Position numbers and translations under genes: made by a program. Of a stretch of 64,000 nt of DNA, positions 29,401 to 38,074 are shown piece after piece (the first letter of the stretch is position 1; every line of letters starts with the position of its first letter). Under the pieces are notes generated by a model that worked only from the letters and a program-made list of their open reading frames with translations, had not been told where the DNA came from and did not search any database. Source of the stretch: a virus (taxonomy: Duplodnaviria > Caudoviricetes); IMG/VR virus record IMGVR_UViG_3300045974_000041, positions 971 to 64,970 of that record; one strand, 5' to 3'.

Positions 29401-29754
29401 GCTAGTGCGCAAGCCTTAATAGATCAGATGACAGCAGTTGATGGAGACTTAGGTGCTGCACTTCCAACAATAGATGAAAACATTGCATCTATGGCTACAA
29501 GTTTGGGTGCTATGACTACTGACCTTTCAACTCTTCCAGAAGATATTGCAGCTATTATTCTTGAAGAAAGAAAAGCAGCAGCAGATGCAGCAGCCAAGGT
29601 TGCAGCAGAACATCAAGCAGCTCTGGATAAGATTGCTCAACTACAAGAGGCTCAATTACAAGCTCTGTGGAGACAGCATGAAATCACTGAAGATTTACCA
29701 ATGTACATAGCAGAAGCTTCAGCAAGTGCAACAAGCAATATAACATTACGTTAA
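23488..29754 (+). CDS. tape measure protein
   Basis: 2088 aa, Ala-rich; QFSQ....GVLNGQEFNAV.E domain. Confidence 0.93.
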   Translation: MADNVTTIKAQVVVEGMGSYDDLVKKSSNATTSVEKLIAKFQQQADLFNKSTEEINKYKAIVAKASSDEVAMAAAIGRTLDAKRAAVVTEKELVKAYDQAIAMDAKRTSAMDAQIQRMGRLQSQAEAMNKKFDEQKNSVNNASGAGKLLAGVYERMLAAAVAYMGVALVKETVALSDAWQNMQARLTIATGSMEKAKAAQQDLYDLSQKLAIPLAETVQLYTRMAPAMEKMGRSTADTLKVTEAMGLALKLSGATSQEASSAMLQFSQSMNSGVLNGQEFNAVSEAAPLILVALEKQLGKTRGELKKMGADGKLTMDLVTNALLVQVPVWEESFKTMPVTAENAFQRLKNSYAKNVGESDFVREATVALAKVFLMLADNLNVVGAALTAGVVVLGAYAVATGALTTAFAAAYGAMGTLVTSVLALNPPMLALVAVATALGAAFVYLAVKETELEKAGKKLADNYVEQAEKLATLNKLKQQYGELADGAKRSAAEEIEKNKVAIQDIKERIGLEIIKQRLMLNTNEEIYKSDRIKEYKAALDIAAKALQVNEANLYGVEHASAAANAEMKRFAEHGTKAAEVQKYLDKAPSNIRLKAIKEENEAYAQSLKDAGDNLELQKKALAVHKEMLAHINKGEIAKATAEETAYAESLKTHGKAVADLIAHNITLKEQIAVLNSGGNVKTITSETEAYNKLNLELDSYNKSLAILNRQGVSEKAKKVIKGQISLVQEKLVPAKEGSDLSIEKANTEANRRANDKLAASITEATFARYKAVAAVQAEVEMYGKGSDAVRANTIQLEEASLAEAKKLGLDENAIKKMEERIDTLKALLPWQQKLDDLKYNESVHQQAMNAWKELGDTIGSSLSQGFGTAGKALGDFVSSYGSMLTEQAQLKDKFDKEVAAHPKDQARLEKEYQDKSTQGQLKSYASMAKSAQGFFKEGSTGWKVMGAVEKGIRIANMAMAVQEAVVKMSSLKAVDGANESSMLMRMAMNVKEQFSNAVTGVSKALASAPPPFNLSIAAVTAAAFAALGIGVIGAFSGGSGSGQDETQTAAYRQKNQGTGTVFGDASAKSESIAKSLEIMVKASDSGLAYDAGMLQSLRAIEAGINNLAAVGARQGVTGSFGASAGYKYLTDSGLTGSATSLGSIMGGGGINAQQYATEELKSKNWLGQMKTTGYVDHLTALSSDMQSQFSNIVLGMADSITKAGMNFGVSADVMKEKLSKFVVDIGHISLMGLSADEIQKELNAVFGKMGDEMAAFVATGADGKNALSEFQKVGEGSFETLIRISNEFTTTNAILDAMGTTSEKAFGVTGIASLKAREQLIDFAGGLDNLVKGISSYNKNFYTAAEQTKMGLDALQKSFTEMNMGTLPTTREAYRKMIENLVNGGGLATEAGRKQYAQLILLSDKFAELVPQTEAATTAISNYVQAQKDMIKQYSAAETVDEAYAKLKGTFSGLVDQTTLLSMSSKDLKAALIGIIAGADPTTASGKALLDSLSALSPEIDILLKASDDYAAALVKEAEAKKSATDSMNSFINKYSASMTGKQARDSLVAKGANPAIVDEVIGRGSSGIKQYLVDWAKTADPATEAGRALIKALQDLTPEFDAIIKGADDAAAAIKASQDAQQSFHDKYMPETAAEARAKIIASSNNPDITAIVDKAIAGGSGAIKDIITQQMAATDATTEQGRAWIKAMQDLSPEFDILIASAEKASAALVSSIQNLMSAKSAITDQRSAITDAKFSVGGKYGVAGYGSGDYVSMLSGRTASARAAFKAASVSDKAGAAGKLVGALQAQFEAQMAHTQELRNQQQQAFEANRANAQAAAEAQTAYLQNAQQGAEALNSIYIGLKEAAEQLLLSDLSPRTISQRVDIAKETFDSLARRAGGGDQDALSKLGQAGNEYLTEFLTKFPRASAEYGKEFDRVQGLMEQFGGKAQDPAALTAQYSQQIAQATFDSAGFDKQWADIQAKWAEEDKASAQALIDQMTAVDGDLGAALPTIDENIASMATSLGAMTTDLSTLPEDIAAIILEERKAAADAAAKVAAEHQAALDKIAQLQEAQLQALWRQHEITEDLPMYIAEASASATSNITLR

Positions 29755-29764
29755 AAGGAAAAAT

Positions 29765-31228
29765 ATGGCAATCTCTGACAGTCAATATCTAGCATGGTTA
29801 CAAAAGGATGGTGTTAGACGAGTGGTATTAGTGGAAGTGCAAGTATACAGTGGTAGCTCTATCACTACAAGATATTTGTCAAATTCTGCTTATGCTTCTT
29901 TTCCATCTGATACACCAGCCAATCAACCATACGACGATTTGCTGTTAGAGATTCCACGTTTCTCTAACAGTATGTCTGAAGCCTTTGGCGGGGCTAGTAA
30001 GCCTGCCTTTGGCGATGTTGTAATAGACAATAGCAGTGGTGCAAGAGATAGCTGGCTCAATGATAGTTGGGCTGGTTATCCTATTAACATCTATTTAGGT
30101 GATGTTAGCTGGGCTAAGAGTGATTTTAGACTCATCCTCTCAGGCATTACAGCCGATATTCAGGCTAGAGATAATGCTAGCTTAATTGTTAAAATGAGAG
30201 ATAAGCAAGACCTTCTCAATAAACCTGTCAACTCTAATCTTTATACGACAGGTAGTGCTGTAGGATTGCCAAAGCCTTTGTGCTATGGGCAATGTTACCA
30301 AGTGGAGCCTATACTAATTGACAGTGCTACACACAAATATCAAATACACGATGGAGCTATTAATGGCATTACCACAGTGTATGAAAATGGTTACACCATT
30401 CCATTTACAGCTGACTTAGCAAATGGATGTTTTACATTACCAGCTAACCCAGCTGGACACATTACAGCTGACTGTACTGGTGCAAAACCTTCTGGCACCT
30501 ATATTACCAAAGTTGCTGACATTGCTTTGGATTTGATTACAAGAGCAGGATTGTCAGGCTCTGATATTAGTTCTACCAGTTTGGCTGCAATGAATACGCT
30601 ATGCCCTCAAACAGTGGGATTGTTTATTAAAGATCGTACTAATTTATTGCCAGCCTTAGATGAATTGGTTGCTAGTGTTCAAGGTTATTATGGTTTTGGT
30701 AGAGATGGTAAGTTTCAAATGGGTAGATTATCTACACCAGCTGGCAGTCCTACACTATATTTGATAGCTGATGACATTGAACAATATGGTGTTACAGTTA
30801 AAACTGTTAGCCCTCCTATTAAAACTTATAGAATGGGATATAAACAGTATTACACCATTTTATCAGACGGTGTAGCAGGAGCTGTAACAGAGACTGTTAG
30901 GGCTGATTATTTGAATGAATACAGAGCTGTCACAGCAACTAACACTGTCACTGGATGGCCTTTAGCAGCAGAACCAGAGCTAGTTGGTGGCAATTTGGCG
31001 ATACAATCAGAAGCACAAACAGAGTGTAATAGACGTGCAGCATTATTTAGTGTGCCTAGGAAAGTGTTACAAGTGAAAGCTTTCACAGCCCCACAAAGAA
31101 TAGAACTAGGGCAAGAGATAAATATAACATACCCTCGCTATGGATTGAATAACGGTGTAAATGGTATTGTTATAGGTGTTTCAGAATCTCCAACAAGTAG
31201 TAGAGTAGACTTAGAGGTGTGGTTATAG
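29765..31228 (+). CDS. tail tip/hub protein
   Basis: follows TMP; KPLCYG motif. Confidence 0.6.
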   Translation: MAISDSQYLAWLQKDGVRRVVLVEVQVYSGSSITTRYLSNSAYASFPSDTPANQPYDDLLLEIPRFSNSMSEAFGGASKPAFGDVVIDNSSGARDSWLNDSWAGYPINIYLGDVSWAKSDFRLILSGITADIQARDNASLIVKMRDKQDLLNKPVNSNLYTTGSAVGLPKPLCYGQCYQVEPILIDSATHKYQIHDGAINGITTVYENGYTIPFTADLANGCFTLPANPAGHITADCTGAKPSGTYITKVADIALDLITRAGLSGSDISSTSLAAMNTLCPQTVGLFIKDRTNLLPALDELVASVQGYYGFGRDGKFQMGRLSTPAGSPTLYLIADDIEQYGVTVKTVSPPIKTYRMGYKQYYTILSDGVAGAVTETVRADYLNEYRAVTATNTVTGWPLAAEPELVGGNLAIQSEAQTECNRRAALFSVPRKVLQVKAFTAPQRIELGQEINITYPRYGLNNGVNGIVIGVSESPTSSRVDLEVWL

Positions 31229-31229
31229 T

Positions 31230-32087
31230 ATGGCAAATCCAAATGTAAGGTTTATTATTGACAACTACGCAGATGATGCTACACTTAGCGCTAGTGCTGG
31301 GGTAGTAGCTGCTATGCCTGTCACCAATCTTCAAGACCCTTCTCGTGGTAGATTCATGCGCACCACAAGCATTGCCAGCCAAACAATTAATGGTAATTTC
31401 ACATTAGCAGCTTTGGTAAGTAGTGTTGTATTGTATAGTCATACATTAACATCTTCTGCCACATGGCAAATCAAGTTTTACGATGGATTGAATCAAACTG
31501 GCACACTTTTATTTGATAGTGGAGCGCAGCCTGCCTATTCTGGCAAATCCTTTGGAGAACTTATCTACGGTGTTGACGTATGGGGAGCTTCAGTATTTAC
31601 AGGTTGGGGTAAAGCTTTTAGTCAATTATGGATGAATAGTGGTGTTGTTGCACTAAGTTTTCAAATCATCATTCAAGACCCTTCCAACACTGTAGGTTAT
31701 TGGGATGCTGGTAGACTCATTATTGGCAACTACTTAGAGCCACTAGAGAATATTGACTACGGTGCTATTGAGTTTGGTTGGCAAGAAGATAGCAAACAAA
31801 CTCGTACAGGTGGCGGTACATTAAGAACAGACGTTGCAGCAGCTGGTAGCTTTAGACAACTTTCATTCTCCCTTGACTATTTAAATGAAGGTGAGCGTGC
31901 TAAGTTTGCAGAATTTCAACGTAAAGGTGGTTTGCGAAAAGACTTCTTTGTATCTGTATTCGCAACACAAGGTGGTGCTTTGGAACGTGACCATGCAATG
32001 CTAGGTAAGATTACAACTCTTTCAGCTATGGGCAGACCTAGCTACATTCAAGCAGGCAGTATTAAATTAAATATAGAGGAAGCGTAA
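31230..32087 (+). CDS. tail tip protein (distal-tail-like)
   Basis: position; AGRLIIG...N..YG...RT.GG motif. Confidence 0.55.
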   Translation: MANPNVRFIIDNYADDATLSASAGVVAAMPVTNLQDPSRGRFMRTTSIASQTINGNFTLAALVSSVVLYSHTLTSSATWQIKFYDGLNQTGTLLFDSGAQPAYSGKSFGELIYGVDVWGASVFTGWGKAFSQLWMNSGVVALSFQIIIQDPSNTVGYWDAGRLIIGNYLEPLENIDYGAIEFGWQEDSKQTRTGGGTLRTDVAAAGSFRQLSFSLDYLNEGERAKFAEFQRKGGLRKDFFVSVFATQGGALERDHAMLGKITTLSAMGRPSYIQAGSIKLNIEEA

Positions 32088-32088
32088 T

Positions 32089-32559
32089 ATGGCAGCAGCA
32101 TCGCAAACTTCCGTAGTTATTGCCAATGGAGCTAATGACTACGTTGAAAAAATTAACAGATTTGTAACAGATATTGCTAGTTTGCTTGGTGAGATTGTAG
32201 CAGCGCGTGGTGGTAGTGCTGAAATTGCTACAAGGCTTGCAACAATGCAAACACAACTCAACCAAGCAATATCATCTACAGCAGGCTTAACAGCTGATGT
32301 GGCAGCAAACGGATATAAGATAACAGGGCTTGGTAATGCTGTCAACCCTTCTGATGCTGTTAATCTCACTACAGCTCAGGCTATCCTTTCAGGTGGTGGT
32401 ACTCCCAGCAGTATTGCCATCACTGCATTGAATAAAGGTACTGCTGCTAATCAATCTTTTATTACAATTAATGACAGTGGAGCTATTGTAGGCTCTTTAA
32501 ACACTAATGATATTACAAGAGCTAAAAGAAAAGCTAACATTGCTTTCGCTAGCATTTAA
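32089..32559 (+). CDS. tail fibre proximal protein
   Basis: KITGLG......DAVN fibre motif. Confidence 0.6.
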   Translation: MAAASQTSVVIANGANDYVEKINRFVTDIASLLGEIVAARGGSAEIATRLATMQTQLNQAISSTAGLTADVAANGYKITGLGNAVNPSDAVNLTTAQAILSGGGTPSSIAITALNKGTAANQSFITINDSGAIVGSLNTNDITRAKRKANIAFASI

Positions 32560-32576
32560 TTTAAAGGAAAATAATA

Positions 32577-33296
32577 ATGGCTTTTGATGTTTTAGTAAAT
32601 GGCAATGTAAACGATACATGCATTGCATCATTCGTAACAGCTTCTGGCACCAATCTTAAAATCTTAGTAGATGCTTCTCCTGCTAGAATGTTGGCAGCTA
32701 TCTCTGGTGAAACGCCAGCTGTTAGTAGACCATTACAGGGTGGTGTTAGAATTACAGACGCTACAGCTAGTAGCACAAATGCCTCTGCCAATACTCTGCT
32801 AGTTTATGATGGCATGCAAATCCTCACAGCCACAGCTATATCGGGTGCTGGCTCTGTCACGGTAACTAACGCTACCACTATCACTTTTGGTACTTCTGGT
32901 GCGCCTTATACGGCTGGTATCAGGGTTGGTGATGTGTTGACAGTTTTTAGTGCTAGCGCAGGCGCTGTACCAGAAGCTAATGAAGGTTTGCTAATCCCTG
33001 TTACGGCTGTGACAGCTACAACTATTACAACTTCTGCAACACTTTCTGGTACAGCTGCTTTAGCAATTGGTAGCAGGCTTGTTAAGGTGGCTCTTGATTA
33101 TGCTACAAGCGTTCCTGCTAATGCTGGTAACTCCGCCACTATTGCTAACGTAGCTTTGCTTGCTAACGGTAATGATAGTAGCGCTGATAAGATTGGTATT
33201 GATATGGGTGCTAATAGCGTTCTATTAGCTGGTATGTCAGCTGCTATTTCTGGTACAGGTGCTGTAGTAGCTAGAGCAAAAGCTAGAGGATATTAA
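32577..33296 (+). CDS. tail-associated structural protein
   Basis: Ala/Thr/Gly-rich, within the tail module. Confidence 0.55.
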   Translation: MAFDVLVNGNVNDTCIASFVTASGTNLKILVDASPARMLAAISGETPAVSRPLQGGVRITDATASSTNASANTLLVYDGMQILTATAISGAGSVTVTNATTITFGTSGAPYTAGIRVGDVLTVFSASAGAVPEANEGLLIPVTAVTATTITTSATLSGTAALAIGSRLVKVALDYATSVPANAGNSATIANVALLANGNDSSADKIGIDMGANSVLLAGMSAAISGTGAVVARAKARGY

Positions 33297-33298
33297 GA

Positions 33299-34414
33299 AT
33301 GCCAAACCCTATTCAAGAATTGGGTTTACCTTCCAGACAAGTTAGCGGTAGCAGTAGCCCTACATATTATACACAAACCCCTGTTATTACAACATCACAG
33401 AATATTACAGTACCCCAAGGATGTAAAAAGATTGAAGCACTGCTTGTAGGTGGTGGTGGTAGTGGTGGTGCTGGCATCCTCAACTCCCCTGTACGTGGCG
33501 GTGGTGGCGGATTCGGTGGAGCCTATGTGATGGAACTGCCAATGTGCGTAGGTCAGCTGCAAATCACTATAGGGGCTGGTGGTACTGCTCCTGCTGCTGG
33601 CACTGCTGCTGATGGCACAAGAGGTGGTACTACCAAGATTACAAATAACGGTGTCGTACTCGCAGCTGTTGGTGGCGGCGGGGCAGGGGCGGGCATTAAT
33701 AATTCTTACAGTGTTAGTGATTTACCATACATCTACAGTGGTGTTTATGGCGGAGCAGCAGGAGGTGCAGCAGGGTCTTCGTCAGTTAATAATCAAGGGA
33801 ACTTTGGCAGTGTCCCTCCAAACCTGAACAGGGTAATAGACAGTGCCTATGCTCAATATCCGTCTGTCAGGTCTACAGTGGGTGCGGATTACTCCACAGG
33901 AGCTTTTGGGGCTGTTGCTAACCCGTCATTAGGTACTGCAAACTCTTCTGCTGTTCCGACACCACAGGGTACAGGTTTACACGCATCAGGTAGCAGCAGT
34001 GGTTCAAGCGGCACAGGCACAGGCCAACAACTAAGGGGTATAACCGTACCTCTGGCTGGGGCAGGTACAAGTGGCTGCTACCAATCAGCATCTGCCCACG
34101 CAGTATGTGGAGGTGGCGGTGGCGCTGGCGCTGGCAATTCTAATGGTGGCAACGGTGGCGATCTCACTGGCATCTCTTTATGGGGCTACGGCAACACCAC
34201 AGGCGGTGTTAGTAATGGCTACGGTGGCGGTGGTGGCGCAGGATTGTTAGCTAATGGTACAGCTGGTAGTAGTGCGGGTGGCACATGCTTTGGTGGTAAC
34301 GGTGGTAACGGTGGTGGGGGCGGTGGGGGCGGTACAGACGGTCTGGGTGCTGGCTCTGGGTGGAAAGGTGGCAACGGTGGTAATGGTTTTGCTGTCTTAC
34401 GATTCTATTTTTAA
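33299..34414 (+). CDS. glycine-rich adhesin / receptor-binding protein A
   Basis: VGGGGSGG...GGGGGFGG, many polyglycine runs, ends GGNGFAVLRFYF. Confidence 0.7.
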   Translation: MPNPIQELGLPSRQVSGSSSPTYYTQTPVITTSQNITVPQGCKKIEALLVGGGGSGGAGILNSPVRGGGGGFGGAYVMELPMCVGQLQITIGAGGTAPAAGTAADGTRGGTTKITNNGVVLAAVGGGGAGAGINNSYSVSDLPYIYSGVYGGAAGGAAGSSSVNNQGNFGSVPPNLNRVIDSAYAQYPSVRSTVGADYSTGAFGAVANPSLGTANSSAVPTPQGTGLHASGSSSGSSGTGTGQQLRGITVPLAGAGTSGCYQSASAHAVCGGGGGAGAGNSNGGNGGDLTGISLWGYGNTTGGVSNGYGGGGGAGLLANGTAGSSAGGTCFGGNGGNGGGGGGGGTDGLGAGSGWKGGNGGNGFAVLRFYF

Positions 34415-34423
34415 AGGAATATT

Positions 34424-34918
34424 ATGAAATACGCATTAGTTAAAAATGGAGTGGTAGAGAACATTATTCTAGCTGATAGTGGATTTGCAGCAACACTGGA
34501 AGGCTATGATGCAGTGTTAGATTGTAATGATAGTCAACAGTGTCACCCTAGTATTGCTATTGGTTGGGTATATGATAAAACCAATGGTAGTACATCTCCG
34601 CCTGTCTATGCACCTATCAATCAACTTACATGGGACAATGCCCCTGCTGAATATTGGTGGCTAGATATTGGTACTTTCTTTGACAGATTTGGTAGTAAGA
34701 AGCTGGCAATTCTATCGTCTACTGATGTTTTAGTACAAGCTATTATTATGGATGTGTCAGTAAGAAAATACGTAGACCTTAAAAGAGCAGACGTTGCACA
34801 AGCATTGACATTGATTGCTAATAAAGGGTTATTGACAATTCAAGAGGCTGCTATAATCACTACAACACACACAACAGATTATGAACGCCATATTAAAAAT
34901 CTGCCACAACCAGTATAG
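34424..34918 (+). CDS. adhesin partner / fibre assembly protein A
   Basis: MKYALVKNGVVENII..IGWVYD N-terminus; C-terminal domain paralogous to 36223-36567. Confidence 0.65.
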   Translation: MKYALVKNGVVENIILADSGFAATLEGYDAVLDCNDSQQCHPSIAIGWVYDKTNGSTSPPVYAPINQLTWDNAPAEYWWLDIGTFFDRFGSKKLAILSSTDVLVQAIIMDVSVRKYVDLKRADVAQALTLIANKGLLTIQEAAIITTTHTTDYERHIKNLPQPV

Positions 34919-34926
34919 GAGGATAA

Positions 34927-36222
34927 ATGCCTACAAGTGTACAAGAAATAGGCTTGCCTGCTAGGCAGGTTGTAACAACAGTAACAAGTAAAATTGGCGA
35001 TATGCGCGGTGATACGGAAATGGGCGGCTTAGTTGTAGACCCTGAAGATGGTACAAGTTGGGCTAGAACAGGCACACTGTTCCCAGCAGCAGCATACCCT
35101 AAAGCTGCTAAGAATCCTCGCACAATGGTTAATGGTATAGCAATTACCTTGCCAACGCTTGTAAATATTACAGGTATTGCAGACAATGGTGCAGGTACAA
35201 TTGTTGCAGCTTTCGGTAGTAACTTGGTTATGTATTCCACCGATAATGGGGTTACATGGAATACAGTTAGTGGAGGTAACGCCAACCTTGTAACAGATGT
35301 GGCATGGTGTGCAGCTGCTGGTAGGTTTATCAATGTAGGTAATAGTGCTACAGATGTGACTGTAAGCTGGTCTGCAACAGGTGTTACTGGTTGGACTACA
35401 GGTGTAGCTTTTACTGCTTCATTATCAACAGGTACTGCGGGAACAGCCCGTATTAAGTCTGATGGGAGTACCTGCGTAATAGCAGCCAAGCACAACGGCA
35501 GCTTTCTGTTTACTACTGTCAACGGAGCCTCCGGTTTTACCCGTACCACAGCCTCTGCTTTTGCAGGGGGTCAACCTTATATAACTGTGTTACCTTCATT
35601 GGGGGCTACTAGGTGGCTTGTTGTACAAAACAATGGCAATGGTGGCTTTCAATCTGTAGCGGCTGATGGTAGTGGTACATGGGCTAGTATGAATATTTCA
35701 GCAATAGGTAATATTTGTGGATTAGCTAGTGGTAACGGTATATTCGTAGCTTTTGCTGACTCCCAATCCAGTTATGCGACAAGTATTAACGGAACTACTT
35801 GGACAACTAGGGGATTACCTTTTGCAAATCCCGGTAATGCTCTTGCAGACGGCCTGTTGCCCTACACAGGGGGTGGAGGAAGCTGGGTAAAATTTGACGG
35901 GTTTAGATTTGTAACAGATTGTGGGGCGACTCAGGCTACAGCTGTAGCACAGGGATTATTTGCATACTCCACTGATGGTATTAATTGGACAAGTAGGCAA
36001 CTAACAGTAGGAGCTACAGGCGCTATTAATAATAAATTCGGTGTGTATTCTACAGGGAGTAATCTTTTTGCCTACTACAACGGTGGCGGGGCAGGGTTAA
36101 CTACAGCACAGTATTCCTTTAATTGGGCGACTTCTTGTGATTATGTAGGCAAAGCTCGTAATGGGTTAGTTAATTACTTGTCTGGTAATGTTATGCAGTC
36201 TTCATACGTAAGGATTAATTAA
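34927..36222 (+). CDS. receptor-binding protein B (Asp-box/beta-propeller-like)
   Basis: repeated S.D.G.TW motifs. Confidence 0.65.
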   Translation: MPTSVQEIGLPARQVVTTVTSKIGDMRGDTEMGGLVVDPEDGTSWARTGTLFPAAAYPKAAKNPRTMVNGIAITLPTLVNITGIADNGAGTIVAAFGSNLVMYSTDNGVTWNTVSGGNANLVTDVAWCAAAGRFINVGNSATDVTVSWSATGVTGWTTGVAFTASLSTGTAGTARIKSDGSTCVIAAKHNGSFLFTTVNGASGFTRTTASAFAGGQPYITVLPSLGATRWLVVQNNGNGGFQSVAADGSGTWASMNISAIGNICGLASGNGIFVAFADSQSSYATSINGTTWTTRGLPFANPGNALADGLLPYTGGGGSWVKFDGFRFVTDCGATQATAVAQGLFAYSTDGINWTSRQLTVGATGAINNKFGVYSTGSNLFAYYNGGGAGLTTAQYSFNWATSCDYVGKARNGLVNYLSGNVMQSSYVRIN

Positions 36223-36567
36223 ATGAACGAGCCTCTAACCTTTATACCGCCTGCTCCGACACCTATAAAATGGACAGACACCAACCTAGACCCTACCTAT
36301 TGGCATATTGACGTAGGAACTTTCTATGATAGGCTGGGTAGTGCTAAGCTACCAATCCTAGCTTCCACTGATACAACAGTGCAAGCTATTGTTAAAGACA
36401 CTCAAATCAGATTGTTTATTGACTTGAAACGTCAAGACGTAGCAGACAGTTTGACATACGTATCATCAAAAGTGCCAGCCCTCACTGCTGCTATGATTGT
36501 AACAATTATTACCACTCCGACCACAGAGTATGAACGTCATATTAAAGGAATGGTACAGCCATTATAG
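36223..36567 (+). CDS. adhesin partner / fibre assembly protein B
   Basis: clear paralog of the C-terminal domain of 34424-34918. Confidence 0.65.
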   Translation: MNEPLTFIPPAPTPIKWTDTNLDPTYWHIDVGTFYDRLGSAKLPILASTDTTVQAIVKDTQIRLFIDLKRQDVADSLTYVSSKVPALTAAMIVTIITTPTTEYERHIKGMVQPL

Positions 36568-36576
36568 GACTAGGAT

Positions 36577-37011
36577 ATGTCAATAACAGTAGTATTCACT
36601 AGAAGCAAGAACATTGGTAGCTACCTTATCAGAAAAATCTCTTGGAGCGAATGGAGTCATTGTGCTATAGTTGACTACTCATCTAACACTGTCATTGAGG
36701 CTACATGGCCTCAAGGTGTGATAGAGAGGCCATTAGAGGAATTCTTAGCACAACACACTACTAATGGTGAGGTATGCTTTAGAACCTACAAGGGTGATAA
36801 GAGGGTAGTAGAATATTGTCGTAGCCAAGTAGGTAAGCCTTATGATACACTCGGTGTGTTAGGTGTAGGTATTCATAGAGAATGGCAAGATGATAGTAAA
36901 TGGTGGTGCAATGAATTGATTGAAGCTGGATTAGTAAAATACGGCTACAGTCCTTACATTGCTGCCAATCTTAGACGACTTACACCTCAACATAGGTGGA
37001 TTGTCAAATAA
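36577..37011 (+). CDS. permuted papain-like NlpC/P60 (YiiX-like) protein
   Basis: WSHCAI, VIEA, GKPYD, WWCNEL. Confidence 0.8.
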   Translation: MSITVVFTRSKNIGSYLIRKISWSEWSHCAIVDYSSNTVIEATWPQGVIERPLEEFLAQHTTNGEVCFRTYKGDKRVVEYCRSQVGKPYDTLGVLGVGIHREWQDDSKWWCNELIEAGLVKYGYSPYIAANLRRLTPQHRWIVK

Positions 37012-37025
37012 CCCTGACAAATGGA

Positions 37026-37063
37026 TTGTTAAATAGTGTTAATAAACTAACATTATTTAATAA
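37026..37063. promoter_or_regulatory. 16-bp AT-rich inverted repeat upstream of the peptide gene
   Basis: TTGTTAAATAGTGTTA-ataaac-TAACATTATTTAATAA. Confidence 0.5.
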
Positions 37064-37101
37064 AATGTCATTATAGTAACACAACTTGAAAAGGAAATAC
37101 A

Positions 37102-37212
37102 ATGCCAGTTGGTAGCGGTGGTAAAGATAAGAAAGATGTTCCAACAACGACAGCAACGACAGCTAAAACTAAAGCTGCCCCTAAGCCTGTAGCAACCCCT
37201 AAGAAGAAATAA
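37102..37212 (+). CDS. 36-aa Lys/Thr/Pro-rich peptide (below the ORF-track size cutoff)
   Basis: AAAGGA RBS; MPVGSGGKDKKDVPTTTATTAKTKAAPKPVATPKKK; next ATG 5 nt after the stop. Confidence 0.7.
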   Translation: MPVGSGGKDKKDVPTTTATTAKTKAAPKPVATPKKK

Positions 37213-37217
37213 TGTAA

Positions 37218-37691
37218 ATGAGCCTGAGCATATTATTTGCTAACATCCTAGGACTACTAGCTATTTACAGGAATAGAGGCTGCAAGAGCAGAATGATTGC
37301 TATCCTGATTGTATTAATTATACAGGCTGTATATTTTCCTATTGGATGTGCAATTGATGATGCTTGGGTGTACTACATCTCAGCAGCGGCGGCAGATGTA
37401 TTTGTAGTATGTCTGCTAGCCTCTGTACAATATAGTAGTCTGTCAGAAGACTTACAACTTATATCCCTTACCAGTAGTGTAGTAAATCTTTGGGGATTAT
37501 TAGCATATGAATCCTACATCTCTTCCTCTTTTTATAACACAGCAATGACAACATTATTAGTGATACAACTAATCCGTATGAATAAAGTTACATGGGATGA
37601 CAGGGTTAGTAAGTATATAGAAGATACATTCAGAGGTAGGTGGAATACTTGGACAAGGGGTAAATGGAGTGAAAGAAGCGAGCAAAGATAG
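37218..37691 (+). CDS. multi-pass membrane protein
   Basis: about 5 hydrophobic helices, charged C-tail. Confidence 0.7.
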   Translation: MSLSILFANILGLLAIYRNRGCKSRMIAILIVLIIQAVYFPIGCAIDDAWVYYISAAAADVFVVCLLASVQYSSLSEDLQLISLTSSVVNLWGLLAYESYISSSFYNTAMTTLLVIQLIRMNKVTWDDRVSKYIEDTFRGRWNTWTRGKWSERSEQR

Positions 37692-38070
37692 ACTGTATAG
37701 GGGTATTACCCTTCTTGCTAGGATTGATAGCCAAGCGTTTGCACAATTGTCCATTACCATATTATGTGCATGGATTGTGTACCTATCATTAGATGGAGCT
37801 TATGAATTATTTAATCTCCTTGTAAGTGATAAAGTAGTAATTAAAATATTGGTGTGTGCTGCAATATTCGTCACACCAGCTGCAATATTAGAATACCCTC
37901 CAAAGCTCCTTCGCACAGCATCTAGTACCGCTAGTTTGTTTGCTTGGAGCTTTTTGGCCTTCCTCGCACTATTTCATGGTGGTATAGGTTGGTCAATAGA
38001 TGCTAGCCTCATTATATTAACAGTGTTAAGCTCTGTTAATTATTTTACTATCCTACTAAAAGAAAAATAA
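37669..38070 (+). CDS. multi-pass membrane protein (holin-like candidate)
   Basis: about 4 hydrophobic helices. Confidence 0.65.
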   Translation: MKEASKDRLYRGITLLARIDSQAFAQLSITILCAWIVYLSLDGAYELFNLLVSDKVVIKILVCAAIFVTPAAILEYPPKLLRTASSTASLFAWSFLAFLALFHGGIGWSIDASLIILTVLSSVNYFTILLKEK

Positions 38071-38074
38071 CAAA

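Noticed and set aside
33299-36567. Invertase shufflon or diversity-generating retroelement acting on the two adhesins
   Set aside because: Both cassettes face the same way and the shared peptide is diverged at DNA level. I saw no reverse transcriptase or template/variable repeat pair.
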